A stretch of 64,000 bases of DNA from Takakia lepidozioides (taxonomy: Eukaryota > Plantae > Bryophyta), in NCBI GenBank assembly GCA_030704615.1, contig CM060734.1, positions 63,823,426 to 63,887,425 on the forward strand. The letters run 5' to 3'. This document shows, in pieces, positions 31,201 through 42,814 of the stretch. The position numbers and the translations under genes are program-made. How positions within the stretch are numbered: the stretch's first letter is position 1; each line of letters starts with the position of its first letter. The notes under the pieces are model-generated. The model searched no databases, was not told where the DNA came from, and saw nothing but the letters and a program-made list of their open reading frames with translations.

Positions 31201-34190
31201 GAGCATCTGTTGTGGTGTAGTGTCAGCAACACCAATTGAGGAAGAAACAAGCAGTTACCCACCACATTTCTATCAAGAAAGAGAAGGGGAAATGGAAATC
31301 GTAGAAGAACCAGCCACTGTAAGTCTACACGATGAAATAGTAACTGGTTGGACAATCACAGCTGACGAGCAGGTGAGGGAAGTGAATGTGGGAACTGAGG
31401 AGAAACCAAGGATGGTGGAGGTAGGAGCGGATTTGGAGCCAGAATTCTTTGAAGCTAAAAGTCTGTTTATCAAATACAGAGATGTATTTGCTTGGAACTA
31501 CGAGGATCTGAAAGGGATACCACCTGAGATCTGTCAACATAAGATTGAACTAGAACCAGGATCAATACCAATTAAACATGCAAGATACAGAATGAATCCC
31601 AACTATGCAGAGAAGGTTGGAGAGGAGATCAAAAAATTGGCTGAAGCTAAATTTATATACCCGATAGAGTATACAACTTGGTTGTCACCCATTGTGATAG
31701 TTCCCAAGAAGAATGGCAAACTAAGAGTTTGTGTGAACTACAAAAAACTGAATGCTTGTACGAGGAAGGATCCTTTTCCCTTACCATTTACAGAAGCAGT
31801 ATTGGACACTGTGGCAGGCCATGAGATGTACTCATTCATGGATGGCTTCAGTGGTTATAATCAAGTGCAAGTGGAAGAAGAAGACCAACATCACAGACTG
31901 GGGTGCTTATGCATACAAAGTCATGCCTTTTGGACTTTGTAATGCACCAGCAACTTTTCAGAGAGTGATGAGTGAATCTTTTCAGGAGTATCTGGATGAT
32001 TTCATGCAGGTATTCTTGGATGATTTCAGTGTGTATAGCTCTAAGAGTGAGCACTTGCATAAATTGGAGTTATGCTTGGCCAGATGCAGGATGAGAGGTC
32101 TGGGCCTGAATCCAGAGAAGTGTACTTTCTGTGTAAACTCGGGGGTGCTTTTGGGACACATTGTGTGTAAGAAGGGACTTCTTGTGGATCCCAGAAAGAC
32201 AGAGGCCATTAAAGCCTCTCCACCTCCATTAAATGTTAAGAGTCTAAGGAGATTCCTGGGACAAACCAGCTATTACAGAAGATTTGTCAGACGGTATACA
32301 CAGATAGCAGCACCATTGAGCAAGCTTCTGAAGAAAGATGCAGTGTTTGCATGGACAGCTGAATGTCAACAAGCTTTTAAGGAACTGACATTGTCAGTGA
32401 CAACTACACTTGTATTGATTAATCCTCACTGACAGGAAATGTTCCATGTTCACTATGATGCTTCAGGAGAAGCATTGGGAGCAGTGCTAGCCCAAAATGT
32501 TACAGGAAGGATAGATTCACCTGTGTACTATGCTAGCCGATTAATGAACAATGCTGAAAGAAATTATAGCACAACAGAAAGAAAAGCATTGGCAATGATC
32601 TATGCAGTAAAGAAATTCAGGCATTACCTGTTGGGAAAGAAGTTTATGTTTTATGTGGATCACCAGGCTCTGATATACCTGGTGAACAAACCTCTGATAA
32701 GCGGAAGAATAGCAAGATGGTTGATAATCTTGCACGAGTTTGAGTTTGAGGTTGTTTACAAGCCTGGGAGGCTGCATCTTGTAGCGGACCACTTGTCACG
32801 GTTATCAACAGGAGAACCAGCCACGGGAGTAGATGATCAATTACCAGATGCGAGTTTATTTGCAGTGGAGGTGCAGGGAAGTGCAGAAGACTGGTTAGAT
32901 TGGCAGTGGCCAATCAGATACTATCTTGCTCATGGTCAATGTCCACCAAGTTATGGAAAGGAGCAGAGAAAGAGAATTGCTATCAAGGCTCTACCTTACA
33001 CTATGGTAGGGAGCAGAATGTATAAGCTAGGACCAGATGGAGTGCTGAAGCGATGCTTATACCACCATGAAGTTAATAAAGTTTTAGAGGAAGTTCATAA
33101 AGGAGTGGCAGGAGGCCATTTTGGAGAAGAGACTACTAGTAGGAAGATACTACTCGCCGGTTACTGGTAGCCTACTTTGTTCAAGGATGTGCACGAGTAT
33201 TGTAAAACTTGTGATGAGTGTCAGAGGCTAGGACCATTACAGAGATCTGGAAAGATGGCTTTGCATCCTACAATGCCTACTGAACCATTTCAGAAATGGG
33301 GATTGGACTTTGTTGGACCAATAAACCCACCAGCCAAAAATACACAGAACAAGCATATAATCACAGCAACTGATTATACTACAAAGTGGGTGGAAGCTAA
33401 AGCTCTGAGAGACAACACAGCTAAGTCCACAGCCAGGTTCTTGTATGAGAACATACTTACACGATTTGGCTGTCCCCTGGAATTTATCAGTGACCAAGGA
33501 AGTCACTTCATAAATGAGACCATAGAACTTCTCACTAGGGAGTTCATGATTGTGCATAGGAAGAGTACGACCTATTACCCACAAGGTAATGGACAGGTAG
33601 AGGCTACCAACAAAATATTATGTACTATCTTGGCTTAGATAGTCAATGCAAACAGAACAGACTGGGATACCAAGCTACTGACAGCTTTGTGGTCATACAG
33701 GACTCCATATAAAGTCACCACTAAATATACACCATTCCAATTAGTTTATGGTATGGAAGCCTTACTTCCAGTGGAGTTTTTGTTACCTACCATGAGAACT
33801 GAATGTGGAAGAAGAATGGAATTGGAAGATTCGATTAAGGTCAGGAAACAAAAATTATACCATGTGGAAGAAGTATGTGCGGATGCAACTGACAACATGG
33901 CCATACAGATGAGAAGGAATGATCAGTTTGATGAAGGGAAGTTAAAGACTTTTAAAACAGGAGATTTGGTTTTGTGGTTGCAAAAGAAGGGAAAGATTAA
34001 AGCTTCTAAGCTTAAATCACCATGGAAGGGACCTTATGTCATACAAAGGATGTATGATAACAATACATGTTACAAACCATCAACAAAGAGATGTTGGGAA
34101 AAGTCAATGCCAACAAGTTGAAAGGATACAGTGGTATCCATGACAAACCGTTGAGACACGATTTGCATATAGAATTACAGGAACAGTCAT
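28260..34190 (+). pseudogene. gag-pol of the Athila/Phygy-like element, with stops and frameshifts
   Basis: Gag (YSGKGDPDVHISQF; zinc knuckles CAKCQNEGHTTTEC and CYYCNQAGHRKAAC), protease (LIDGGSAVNIM), RT (MPFGLCNAPATFQR, FLDDFSV), RNase H (YDAS, YYASR, NYSTTE), integrase (GHFG...CDEC, WGLDF, SDQG, YPQGNGQVE). Confidence 0.95.
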
Positions 34191-34264
34191 AAGTTGTTCC
34201 AATAATACCAACGGAGCATGGAATACTTGTCGTTAAACCAGTTGTGAGCGAAAACACAGGTGTT

Positions 34265-34530
34265 TGAATAGCTGTCACAGCCCAACACAGGGTAACACAA
34301 CCTATCGCAGCCTAACACAAGGTAACACAGCCTGTCACAGCCCAACACAGGGTTACACAGCCTATCACAGCCCAACACAGGGTAACACAGCCTATCACAG
34401 CCTAACACAGGGTAACACAACCCGTCACAGCCCAACACAGGGTAACACAGCCTATCACAGCCCAGCATAGGGTCACACAGTCGCGCACAGCCTGTCACAG
34501 TGCAACACAGCCTGTCACAGTCTAACACAG
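34265..34530 (+). repeat. 30-bp tandem repeat between pol and the extra ORF
   Basis: About 8 copies of CT(G/A)TCACAGCCCAACACAGGGTAACACAGC. Confidence 0.88.
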
Positions 34531-35244
34531 CCTACCAGAATTACACAGTCCATAAGATCAGTGACAGGTGGACGCAGGATAATGTCAGGGAAATGGCCGG
34601 TGCAAGAAAGGACGGAAGCCAGTTTAGAAATAGACACGTGGAAGTCAGGCCGCGACACACAGCTGAGAAGGAAGTGCAAGAACAGGTGTCATCAAGAAAG
34701 AGGACAAGAAGGGCCGTCAAAGTACCTACCTAGCACGTCAATTCAGATGAATGGCGGGGCCATTAATGAATACGGAAAAAGGTCAACGGAACAAACGCCA
34801 AGTAAAGAAAAGCGCATTCCTTGTCACGTGTGTTATCCTAGTGGACAGTCCAGCATGGAAAGTCCACTAAAGGAAATTAAATCTGAAATCCAGTCACAGC
34901 GGTTACATCCAATCATAAACAGGAGGCAGGATCAAGAAATCGAAAGGGTTTTGAGCGCAAGAGTCGGCGTCGTTCCAAGTAACGGGCGTCTCGATGGGAC
35001 AGACCATCAATGCTATAGCTTTGAAGCTATGAAAGAACTAACAGATTATACGCTCGCGATACTACTTACGCAGTGGCACGGGGACAGAAGAACAGAGAGT
35101 ATCTTTTCTCTTGATCGATGCTTGCAAGCCCCGCTGGCTTACAAGAAATTACCCATAGCATTTTGTGGCAACCATACGTTTGTGCTTTGTGCCCTGCAAG
35201 CATTACTTCAGTTGTTACAGCCACAACCTTTCTGTTTCTCTAGA

Positions 35245-38200
35245 ATGAAGAGAGTAAGAGGGATGGAGGACATCAGGGTGAAAAGCACCACAATCCTGCA
35301 GAAACAAACGATTACTACTCCACAGGCGGTGAAGTTACTGAAGGACCTGCGATTAGAAGGATTGCAAAGCAAAGATTGGACATTGCACCATCGACAGTAC
35401 ATGTTACAATTCTTGGAGAACTTTGAGCCTAAGACAGGAGCAACAACGGTGAAGGGAGTTGAATTAGAAGTTACTCCCCTATACCTACAACAATTGTTTG
35501 AATTGCCATCAGGTCAGGTGCATGTGGATGAGCACAGGGCAAGATTGCAGATTAGGGATTTATTTGAAGAAGGGAGTTTCTTTAAAACTCAGGGTTATGC
35601 TTCTACCAAGGCCGTGTACCCAGGGCTAAGGGAGGTAGGCCAGATACTGAACGTTATGTTTGCCATGAAACAGAACCAACAGTATTTGAGCAGATCCTTC
35701 ATAGAGGAAATACTCAAGGCCCTGAGAGGAGAAGAGGTAGCATGGGCGGACATAATGTACAACGGACTGGTAGAGGAGATGAAAAGATTGCAAGGCACTG
35801 CCGCAAAGTCTCCTATCATAGTGTCTGGACCCATCATTGCACAAATTATTCTAGACTCGTGCATACTAGATGCGAGAGAAAGGAAGGAGATGGGAGTGTT
35901 TGAGACAGCAACCACTGCCATAGAAGAGCAAGGTTCTTCACAGGGTGAAGGGGGATTGACAGAGCGAAGGACTGTCACATTGGAAGCAGAACCATTGGCT
36001 ACGAGACAGCCGGAAGAAGAAGTTACTCATACTTTTGTGCAAGAAGGGGCACAACAGCACGGAGGGATGTGGGTGCAGACAACACAACCCGTGGAGAGAG
36101 AACAGGAAGTTACTTCAGTAGCACAGCCATCACAGCCAGATGTTCGGCTTGTCTCAATGTTACCTAGAGTTGTCCATGCAGTTCCACCAGAAATTATTGA
36201 TTTGGAGAAAGAAGGGTTAGATATACCCACTACAGAACAAGTGGTGGCAGACATTGAGAAGGGGGACCTTCTCTATGAAAACTCTAGCTTGGGCAGGGAA
36301 ACAGGGGTACAGGAAGTGCAAAGTCTGTACAGGGAAAGCCCTAATGTGCATGTATTACCCACACCTGTGGAGGAGGTTCCAGAGGTAGAACAACATGACA
36401 CAGCAGCACCTGTGGAGAAGAAGGGGGTTGAGAGAGAGGATCTAGTAGAGTAGTGGCCTGAGTGGTTTGTGAGAAGTAGTACATCAAAGGATGACAGTGC
36501 AATGTGCCACCCTCACAAATGTTCTGGAGCAAGCCACAACAGAAGCCAACAAGCAGAGGGAGAGATGTGTAATGGCAGAAACTGAGGTAGTGAAGCAAGC
36601 CCAACTTATTGTGGACCTCAAAGATACAATATGTCACAACGAAAGTGCTTTGTAGCAGTACAAACAGGTTGAGGCTAACCAGGAGAAGTACATTGTAGAG
36701 TTGCAACAGACACTTATGGCAACTAGGAATCAACTCTCCGTGGCTAGCAAGGCAGCACGGGAAGCCAATAATCTGGCTGCTGCTTATACCAGCTTAGTTG
36801 AACCTCATGAGAAACGCATGCAGGGATTGCAACAGCAGTTAGATGCCTACAGATTCAAGGAGGAGCAGAATCTCAGAGGTGCTACACAGGACAGGGTGGA
36901 TGACCAACTTTTGAAAGTCTGGTTAGCACAAGGGCCAGTGGAAGGGAAAGCACCAAGAAAGCTCAACCAGGAGGAGATGAATGACCTCAGGCTACAAGTG
37001 CAGAACATTGCCACCACTACTATAGACAATGTCTATAGTAGGATAGCAGAGCTACAGGAAGATGTGGATACACTGCAGACTCAAGTGGAGGACTTGAGTT
37101 CAAACATTGACAAGAGGCTCATGATTCCTGAAGAACACCTCATGGATGCTTACTTGAAGGCTAGAGCTCTTATTTTCCAATCTTCTTGCAAAGAGGTGCA
37201 GGAGGCACCAATGGTGGAAGGGCCAGTGGCACCAATACCACAGGAAGTGGTTGTGCAAATGACTGAACCTGTTACTACAACACAGCCGACACAGAATGAG
37301 GTATGGGGAGATGCTGCTTTCAACCCACCAAGAACTCATGCTGCACGTGAATACAATCGAGCTATGATCATGCCATTCAACGAAATTCTTAGTGTCTTGG
37401 ATTTGGCCTGGAAGGAATTCAGTCCTCCACAGTCATTCACACACTATTATCAGATTATGCGCATTTGGTTGTTAGTGGCAACTCGGACTAAGGTTCTTGA
37501 AATGAATCAACTCATTGAAGATCATCATTTTGCGAGATACTGGTCTGAGGCAGGCACCATGTTGAAGGAATTAATTGCCTTCCAAGTGGTTCACGGGCAC
37601 ATCCACACCAAGACCGAGGAGGTAGCCAGTTTAGTCATGGGCTGTGGAGTATACTACACTGCTTGTTTCATTGCACGTTACCACATTGAGCAGCAGAAGA
37701 TGCAATCCAGATTTCTGACTTATTCCAGTGGAAATCATTGGACCTTACCTGTGGTGCCACATCATACGTATTTATATGATGTAAAAACCATGTTGCAGAA
37801 TGATTCACAACTCTGTTCATGGTTTAACTTGGCTTGGAACATCTTGGCCAAAGAAAAATTCGGCTTTGATGATATTTTTGCTAAGGGAAAAGCAGCTTGG
37901 AGGTATTTACACACTTCCCAAGTAATCGGAACACCTCTCATCTATATGGACCAGGAGTTGAGGGTGTTCACTAACATGGCTTGTGACCGCTTACGACAGG
38001 TCATGAATGGTAAACTTCCAGACATGGTGGGCCAACACTGCATGCCAATCATCGTTCCTCAGAAACCAAAGAAGATCAGAAAACCAAAAAACCGCAGGAC
38101 TGACGAAGATTCAGACACTACAAGGGAATCTTCAGAGAAATCTTTTGACATATGGGAAGAGTATGAAAACGCACAGATGGACAAAAGACGACGGGGATCT

Positions 38201-38377
38201 CCTCTGTCTGAGCCATTACAGCCTGTTCAATCAAAGGGCAAGAAATCAATTTCAAGTCAAGCTCAAGCATCTCCATCAAGCAGTCACAGAACTCGGGCAC
38301 GCACACAGAGCCCTCCAAAGAACTCTCACCAACAGACAGGACCAAGTTCACAAAGGTTTGCTGATCCTAAAAAGTAA
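35245..38377 (+). pseudogene. Extra 3' ORF of the gypsy element (~1040 codons, internal stops), function unknown
   Basis: ORFs 34561-36453 and 36701-38377 are linked by a stop-containing segment and lie in different frames. Coiled-coil-like middle; FLENF...VKGVELEVT...LFELP resembles Athila accessory ORFs. Confidence 0.65.
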
Positions 38378-38416
38378 ACCGTGAGGACACGACTTTCTGA
38401 GAGAGGGAAGGGGTAA

Positions 38417-39294
38417 TGTTAGAGGGCTGTCTGGGACTTAGTCACATTTACAGGGGATCTGTGGAATACCAGGGGATCTGTGGGACTTAGACACATTTAC
38501 AGGGGATCTGTGGGGTACCCTTAAATTTTGCAGTCACAGCCAGTCACAGCCACACAGCCATACCCAGCCCGACACAGCCCGACACAGCCACACAGCCATA
38601 CACAACCCGTCACAGCCCGACTCAGTTGCACAGCTAGTCACAGCCATACATAGCCCGTCACAGTGCACACAGCTGTCACAGTCATAGGGAACGCTTATCA
38701 TGACAGGGAACGACTGTGGGGAACAACATCTGCGAAGGGAACATGTAGTTCACGGATGACGGTTAGTGAGGGAAGCGGTTAGAACAGCTGATAGGAGATA
38801 AAATCAGGAGCGGGGACGGGAGAGGGGGACTTCTTGGATCACTTCTTGGGGGATCATTTCTGGGAAGTGAGAGGGCGGATAGAGGGGAGCTTGGGAGTAC
38901 AAGGAGGATGTTACCACAGCAGAAGGGAGGATGAGACAATTGTGACTTAGTTAGTATAAGCTGGAGAATTACATAGAGAGGTAGATTAGAGAAACTGTGG
39001 CATCAATATGTATCTGATTCTTATTAATCTGATTCTTATCCGATACAAGCACACTGTGTAGAGAGACCTGAGAGAAGTTGTGCATGAATGGAATCAGGGG
39101 ATCAAAGGAGCAACCATGAACTGAGAATATGAAACCAATAAGGAATATAAATTGGAAACCCAACCATGATTCACTAGCTGCAGGTCATGTCTGATTGTTC
39201 CACACGGGCTGAATGCTTAGAGATATCCAACTCTTCTATCTTGGAGTTTCCCCCTCGGATAGCAAAGGGATGGGTGAGTAAAAGCCGCGCGACA
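38417..39294 (+). repeat. 3' LTR (878 bp) preceded by PPT GAGAGGGAAGGGGTAA
   Basis: Matches 26656-27571, differing mainly in CACAGCC repeat number plus a few substitutions. Confidence 0.95.
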
Positions 39295-39903
39295 GAGGGC
39301 GGTTCGAGGAGTATCTTCATGATATTCCCATGGTTATGCAAGTGAGAGAGGAGAAGAAGAGTGTTGGGATGAGAGCATGCTGGGGTTAGGCATTGCTTTA
39401 GCTTCTCTTCCTCGTAGTTTTCCACCCTCTCATTAGGCCAAGACCTTTCCGTAGGTGGAGGCAAGAGTCAGTCCGGGTTTGGGCTGGGGTGTCCTTGTAG
39501 GAGCAACACCGTGGAGTTTTTGTTGGTGTGGGGGAGTTGTCGTTCTGATTTCTTGTGTTTGGATCCCCTCCATACCTGCTTGATTGTGCGCCATGTTAGT
39601 TTTGTGTGGGCGCTTGCTTTCATAGGGATTAGGCCGGGTTTGATCACCGGTCAATCCTAGAGTATGCTGTCGGTGGTGAGGCTGGAGTGATGACCAGTCA
39701 GACCATCATTGTTTCTCCTGTGGTGAGGTTGGAGGTGATGACCAGCCAACCATAGGAGTGCTTGCGGTGGATACAGGTGCAGGTGTAGGCTATGTTAGGA
39801 ACCTAGTATTCCAAACCATAAGCCGCAACAGGTTCTCTACCCGGTGGAGAGGGGGTTAGAGACATGTTCATGACCGGTTGAGTGACAGTTTGTCAACACG
39901 GAG

Positions 39904-42814
39904 GTGCCACTAGTTGTTGGGGAGAGTGCCGGTTCGAGCACTAGCAATACTAGTGGGTACACGAGACGAGGTGTGCGGTTTAGGCCACCTTCACCTCCTG
40001 TGTCTTCTACGGAAGGTTCTGTTCGGATTGTGAATCAGGAGGACTCACACCGGCGGTGCAAGTTGTTTCCTTGCCATTATTGTGGGACACAATGGAGGAG
40101 ATGTATGGAGCTACTAAGGGGCCTCGTAGGTACTCTGGAGCTGTGGGCACCATCGAGTTGGATGATTTTATCCAAGAGTTTGATAGTTGGTGTGATTTGC
40201 AGCAAATGCGCAATCCACAACTATTTACACCTTTCACGGCATGGAAGGGGCTGTTTCAGCACCTTGAGGGGCCGCCTATGGATGATTACCATGAGTTCAG
40301 GCGGGGGCATGAGGTTGAGATTGAGGAGTGGAGGATGTACTGGTCACCCGACTATGTCTCCATCACTAGGGGCACTAGAGCCACGAGGGCATTGGCTACA
40401 CCTACCGCTGCAACGGCTGCTTCAGCAAGCAGCAGTGGGATTAGTGGGACTGGTGATACCAGAGCTACGACGTCCACCCAAGCTACTACTGCACCAGCAC
40501 TAGTGGCGGTGCCTGCCTTCAACCCTGTTGTGGACTTCTTCGAAGAGTTAAGAGGGAACTACCAAGGGGTGAGGACAGAGAAGTTGCGGAGCTTGCAAGA
40601 GTTCCAACGGAAGCCGACTGAGAGCTTGAGGGAGGCTTTCACTCGCATGAGGCGCTTGATAAATGTAACCCAAGGGGTTACAGAAGCTCAGGCAGTCCAA
40701 TTCTGGTATGGGATATTGGACAAGGAGCTGAGGAGAAGGGTGCGGGATGCAACTCTCCTACAAGCGGCCCAACCCACCTTAACAAATGTGTTTTTGCTGG
40801 CAGAGCGGCTAGAGCTCAACATGGTGGAGGAATGAGTGGTCATGGTGGGATTTGCTAAGGAGACCCCACGGGGTAGTGGTGCTCCTAGCCAACCACTACC
40901 TCAACGTGCTCAAGGCAACAAGGGGGTCCAGGTGAAGCCAGGGAAGGACAGAGAGGACCTCAGATGCAGGGGTCTCTCCCTTCATTTGCAGGCCAACAAC
41001 GGGTGGATGTGGTGTGCTGGACATGTGGAGGACCCCATGTCAAGAAGGATTGCCTAGAGGGAGGCAAAGGGCTAGCATATGCACAACCTGCACAGTTGCG
41101 GTGTGGGCATTGTGGCAAATATGGGCATGGAGAGGCCCAGTGTTATGGTTTGCATCTTGAGTTGCGCCCAGGCCAGTTCCAAGGGAACAATGGTGGCTGG
41201 GGGCGGGGTGGAGCAGCCCAGAGAGGACGAGGTGGCCAGGCACGAGGTGCAGGCCAAGGGCAAGCTCAACATGGCCAAGGACGCAGAGGTCAGGGTGGTG
41301 ACCAAGGCATGGCCAACCGGCTTCAGTAGCTAGAGCAAAGGCTCGCTGCCATGGCTACAGCTCAGGTGGTACCGGCTCCAAGGCCGGATGGTCCACCTCC
41401 TGCTCCTGATGGAGGAGATATGGGAGGCATAGGATTTATGTGTGGGGCAGCACTACCACTAGTGCAGGTGGAGTCTGCTGCAGCCGTGACTCGAGGAGCA
41501 GCACGAGTTCCTGAGCCACGAGGTGCAGAGGTGGAGTTGGATCCACAGCGTGGGGAGGCAAGCCGTCAGGCTAGGCTTCCTCAGTCATTCACATTGGTGG
41601 AAATATTGTCGACGCCATCTATGGCACCTAGTTCTCGCCCGACTGTTACCGAGGCGGAGGTTACTATGCCATTGGGGAGAGCTACACGGGTAGCACCACT
41701 ACCTAGTGTTGCCAAGGCTACGGCAGCTAGTGTGCTGCTGGGAGCGGCCACATCTATGTGCCAGGCTCCATTGTTCTCGGCTACCATGATTGCGACGCCG
41801 GGGGTAAGACCAGCTGAGGTGTTCAGACTGGCAGCTACACTCTGTGAGAGTGGGGAGGTTACTTCATCTTCTGCGGAGATAGTGGGAGGTGTAGTGCCGG
41901 AGGGATCCTCGGATTTGAGGGTCAAGACTGCCACGGCGGCGCCATGGCAAGCTGCAGCTGCCAGGTTGATGGAGCTGCTAGCTAGGCCAGCCATTGAGCG
42001 CACCATGGTGACACCTAGAGTTGTTTTGTTAGACAACCAGGATGGCATTTTCTGTTTGAGTGGACCGATAGGCAAGAGGTACCGGCCACTGCGGGTCTTG
42101 TTGGACTCGGGAGCTCAGCCATTGATGCTGGGCAAAGCTGCTATTGCAGGCTTGGGCCTCACGGAGGCGGATATGGAGCCTTGTCCTTTCTAGATATAGA
42201 CGTCTCTGGGAGGATTGGAGCAGGCTCGGGGCATGACACGGCATGAGTTGGCTATCAAACTTCGGCCGGATCACCCTACAGATGGCTCAGTGATGCGAGC
42301 CAAGGCCATTGTGACAGACGCAGTCTCGTACGATGTCCTGGTTGGTGGGGCAGTGTTGTACCCCATGGGCTTCACCCTGGATTTTTGGGAGGAGTCAGCT
42401 TCCTATAGGCTTGGATGGCAGTCAGGGAAGGGCCGGCGTGTGCAGCTCCCTGTGACGTTCATAGGAGGAGTTGCGGTTGCCCAACGAGGCAAGATGCCGA
42501 CACTGGCAGCATTCACAGCTGCAGTGACTTGGCCTCAAGAGTTGCTGGAGGGCAATGCCCATGGAGAGGATGTGCCACCTCTAGCAGAGCAGGATGACAT
42601 ACATGGTGCGGCGGAGTTGCCTGCCATGGTTGCTCATACTCCATTGTGGGGTACGAGCAAGGATTTGCAGCAGATTGCTGATTGTCGTGTGCAACAAGCC
42701 TGGGTAGAGGCTTTTGTACCGTCAGGAGAGGAGGAGAGTGCAGGTATTGCACCAGGACCACCTCAGTTGTCACCATTGGATACCACACATATTGTGTGGG
42801 AGTATCCGAATGAA
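39904..42814 (+). pseudogene. gag and aspartic protease of the outer gypsy element
   Basis: LDDFIQEFDSWC, FQRKPTESLREAFTRM, zinc knuckles CWTCGGPHVKKDC and CGHCGKYGHGEAQC, protease VLLDSGA...YDVLVG. Stops at 40833, 41327 and 42191. Confidence 0.88.

Larger units (their letters stand above)
26656..39294 (+). mobile_element. Full-length non-chromovirus Ty3/gypsy element (Athila/Phygy-like), 12.6 kb
   Basis: Paired TG...CA LTRs, 5-bp TSD GAGGG (26651-26655, 39295-39299), PBS, PPT, gag-pol and an extra 3' ORF. The lineage call is from motif resemblance only. Confidence 0.95.
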
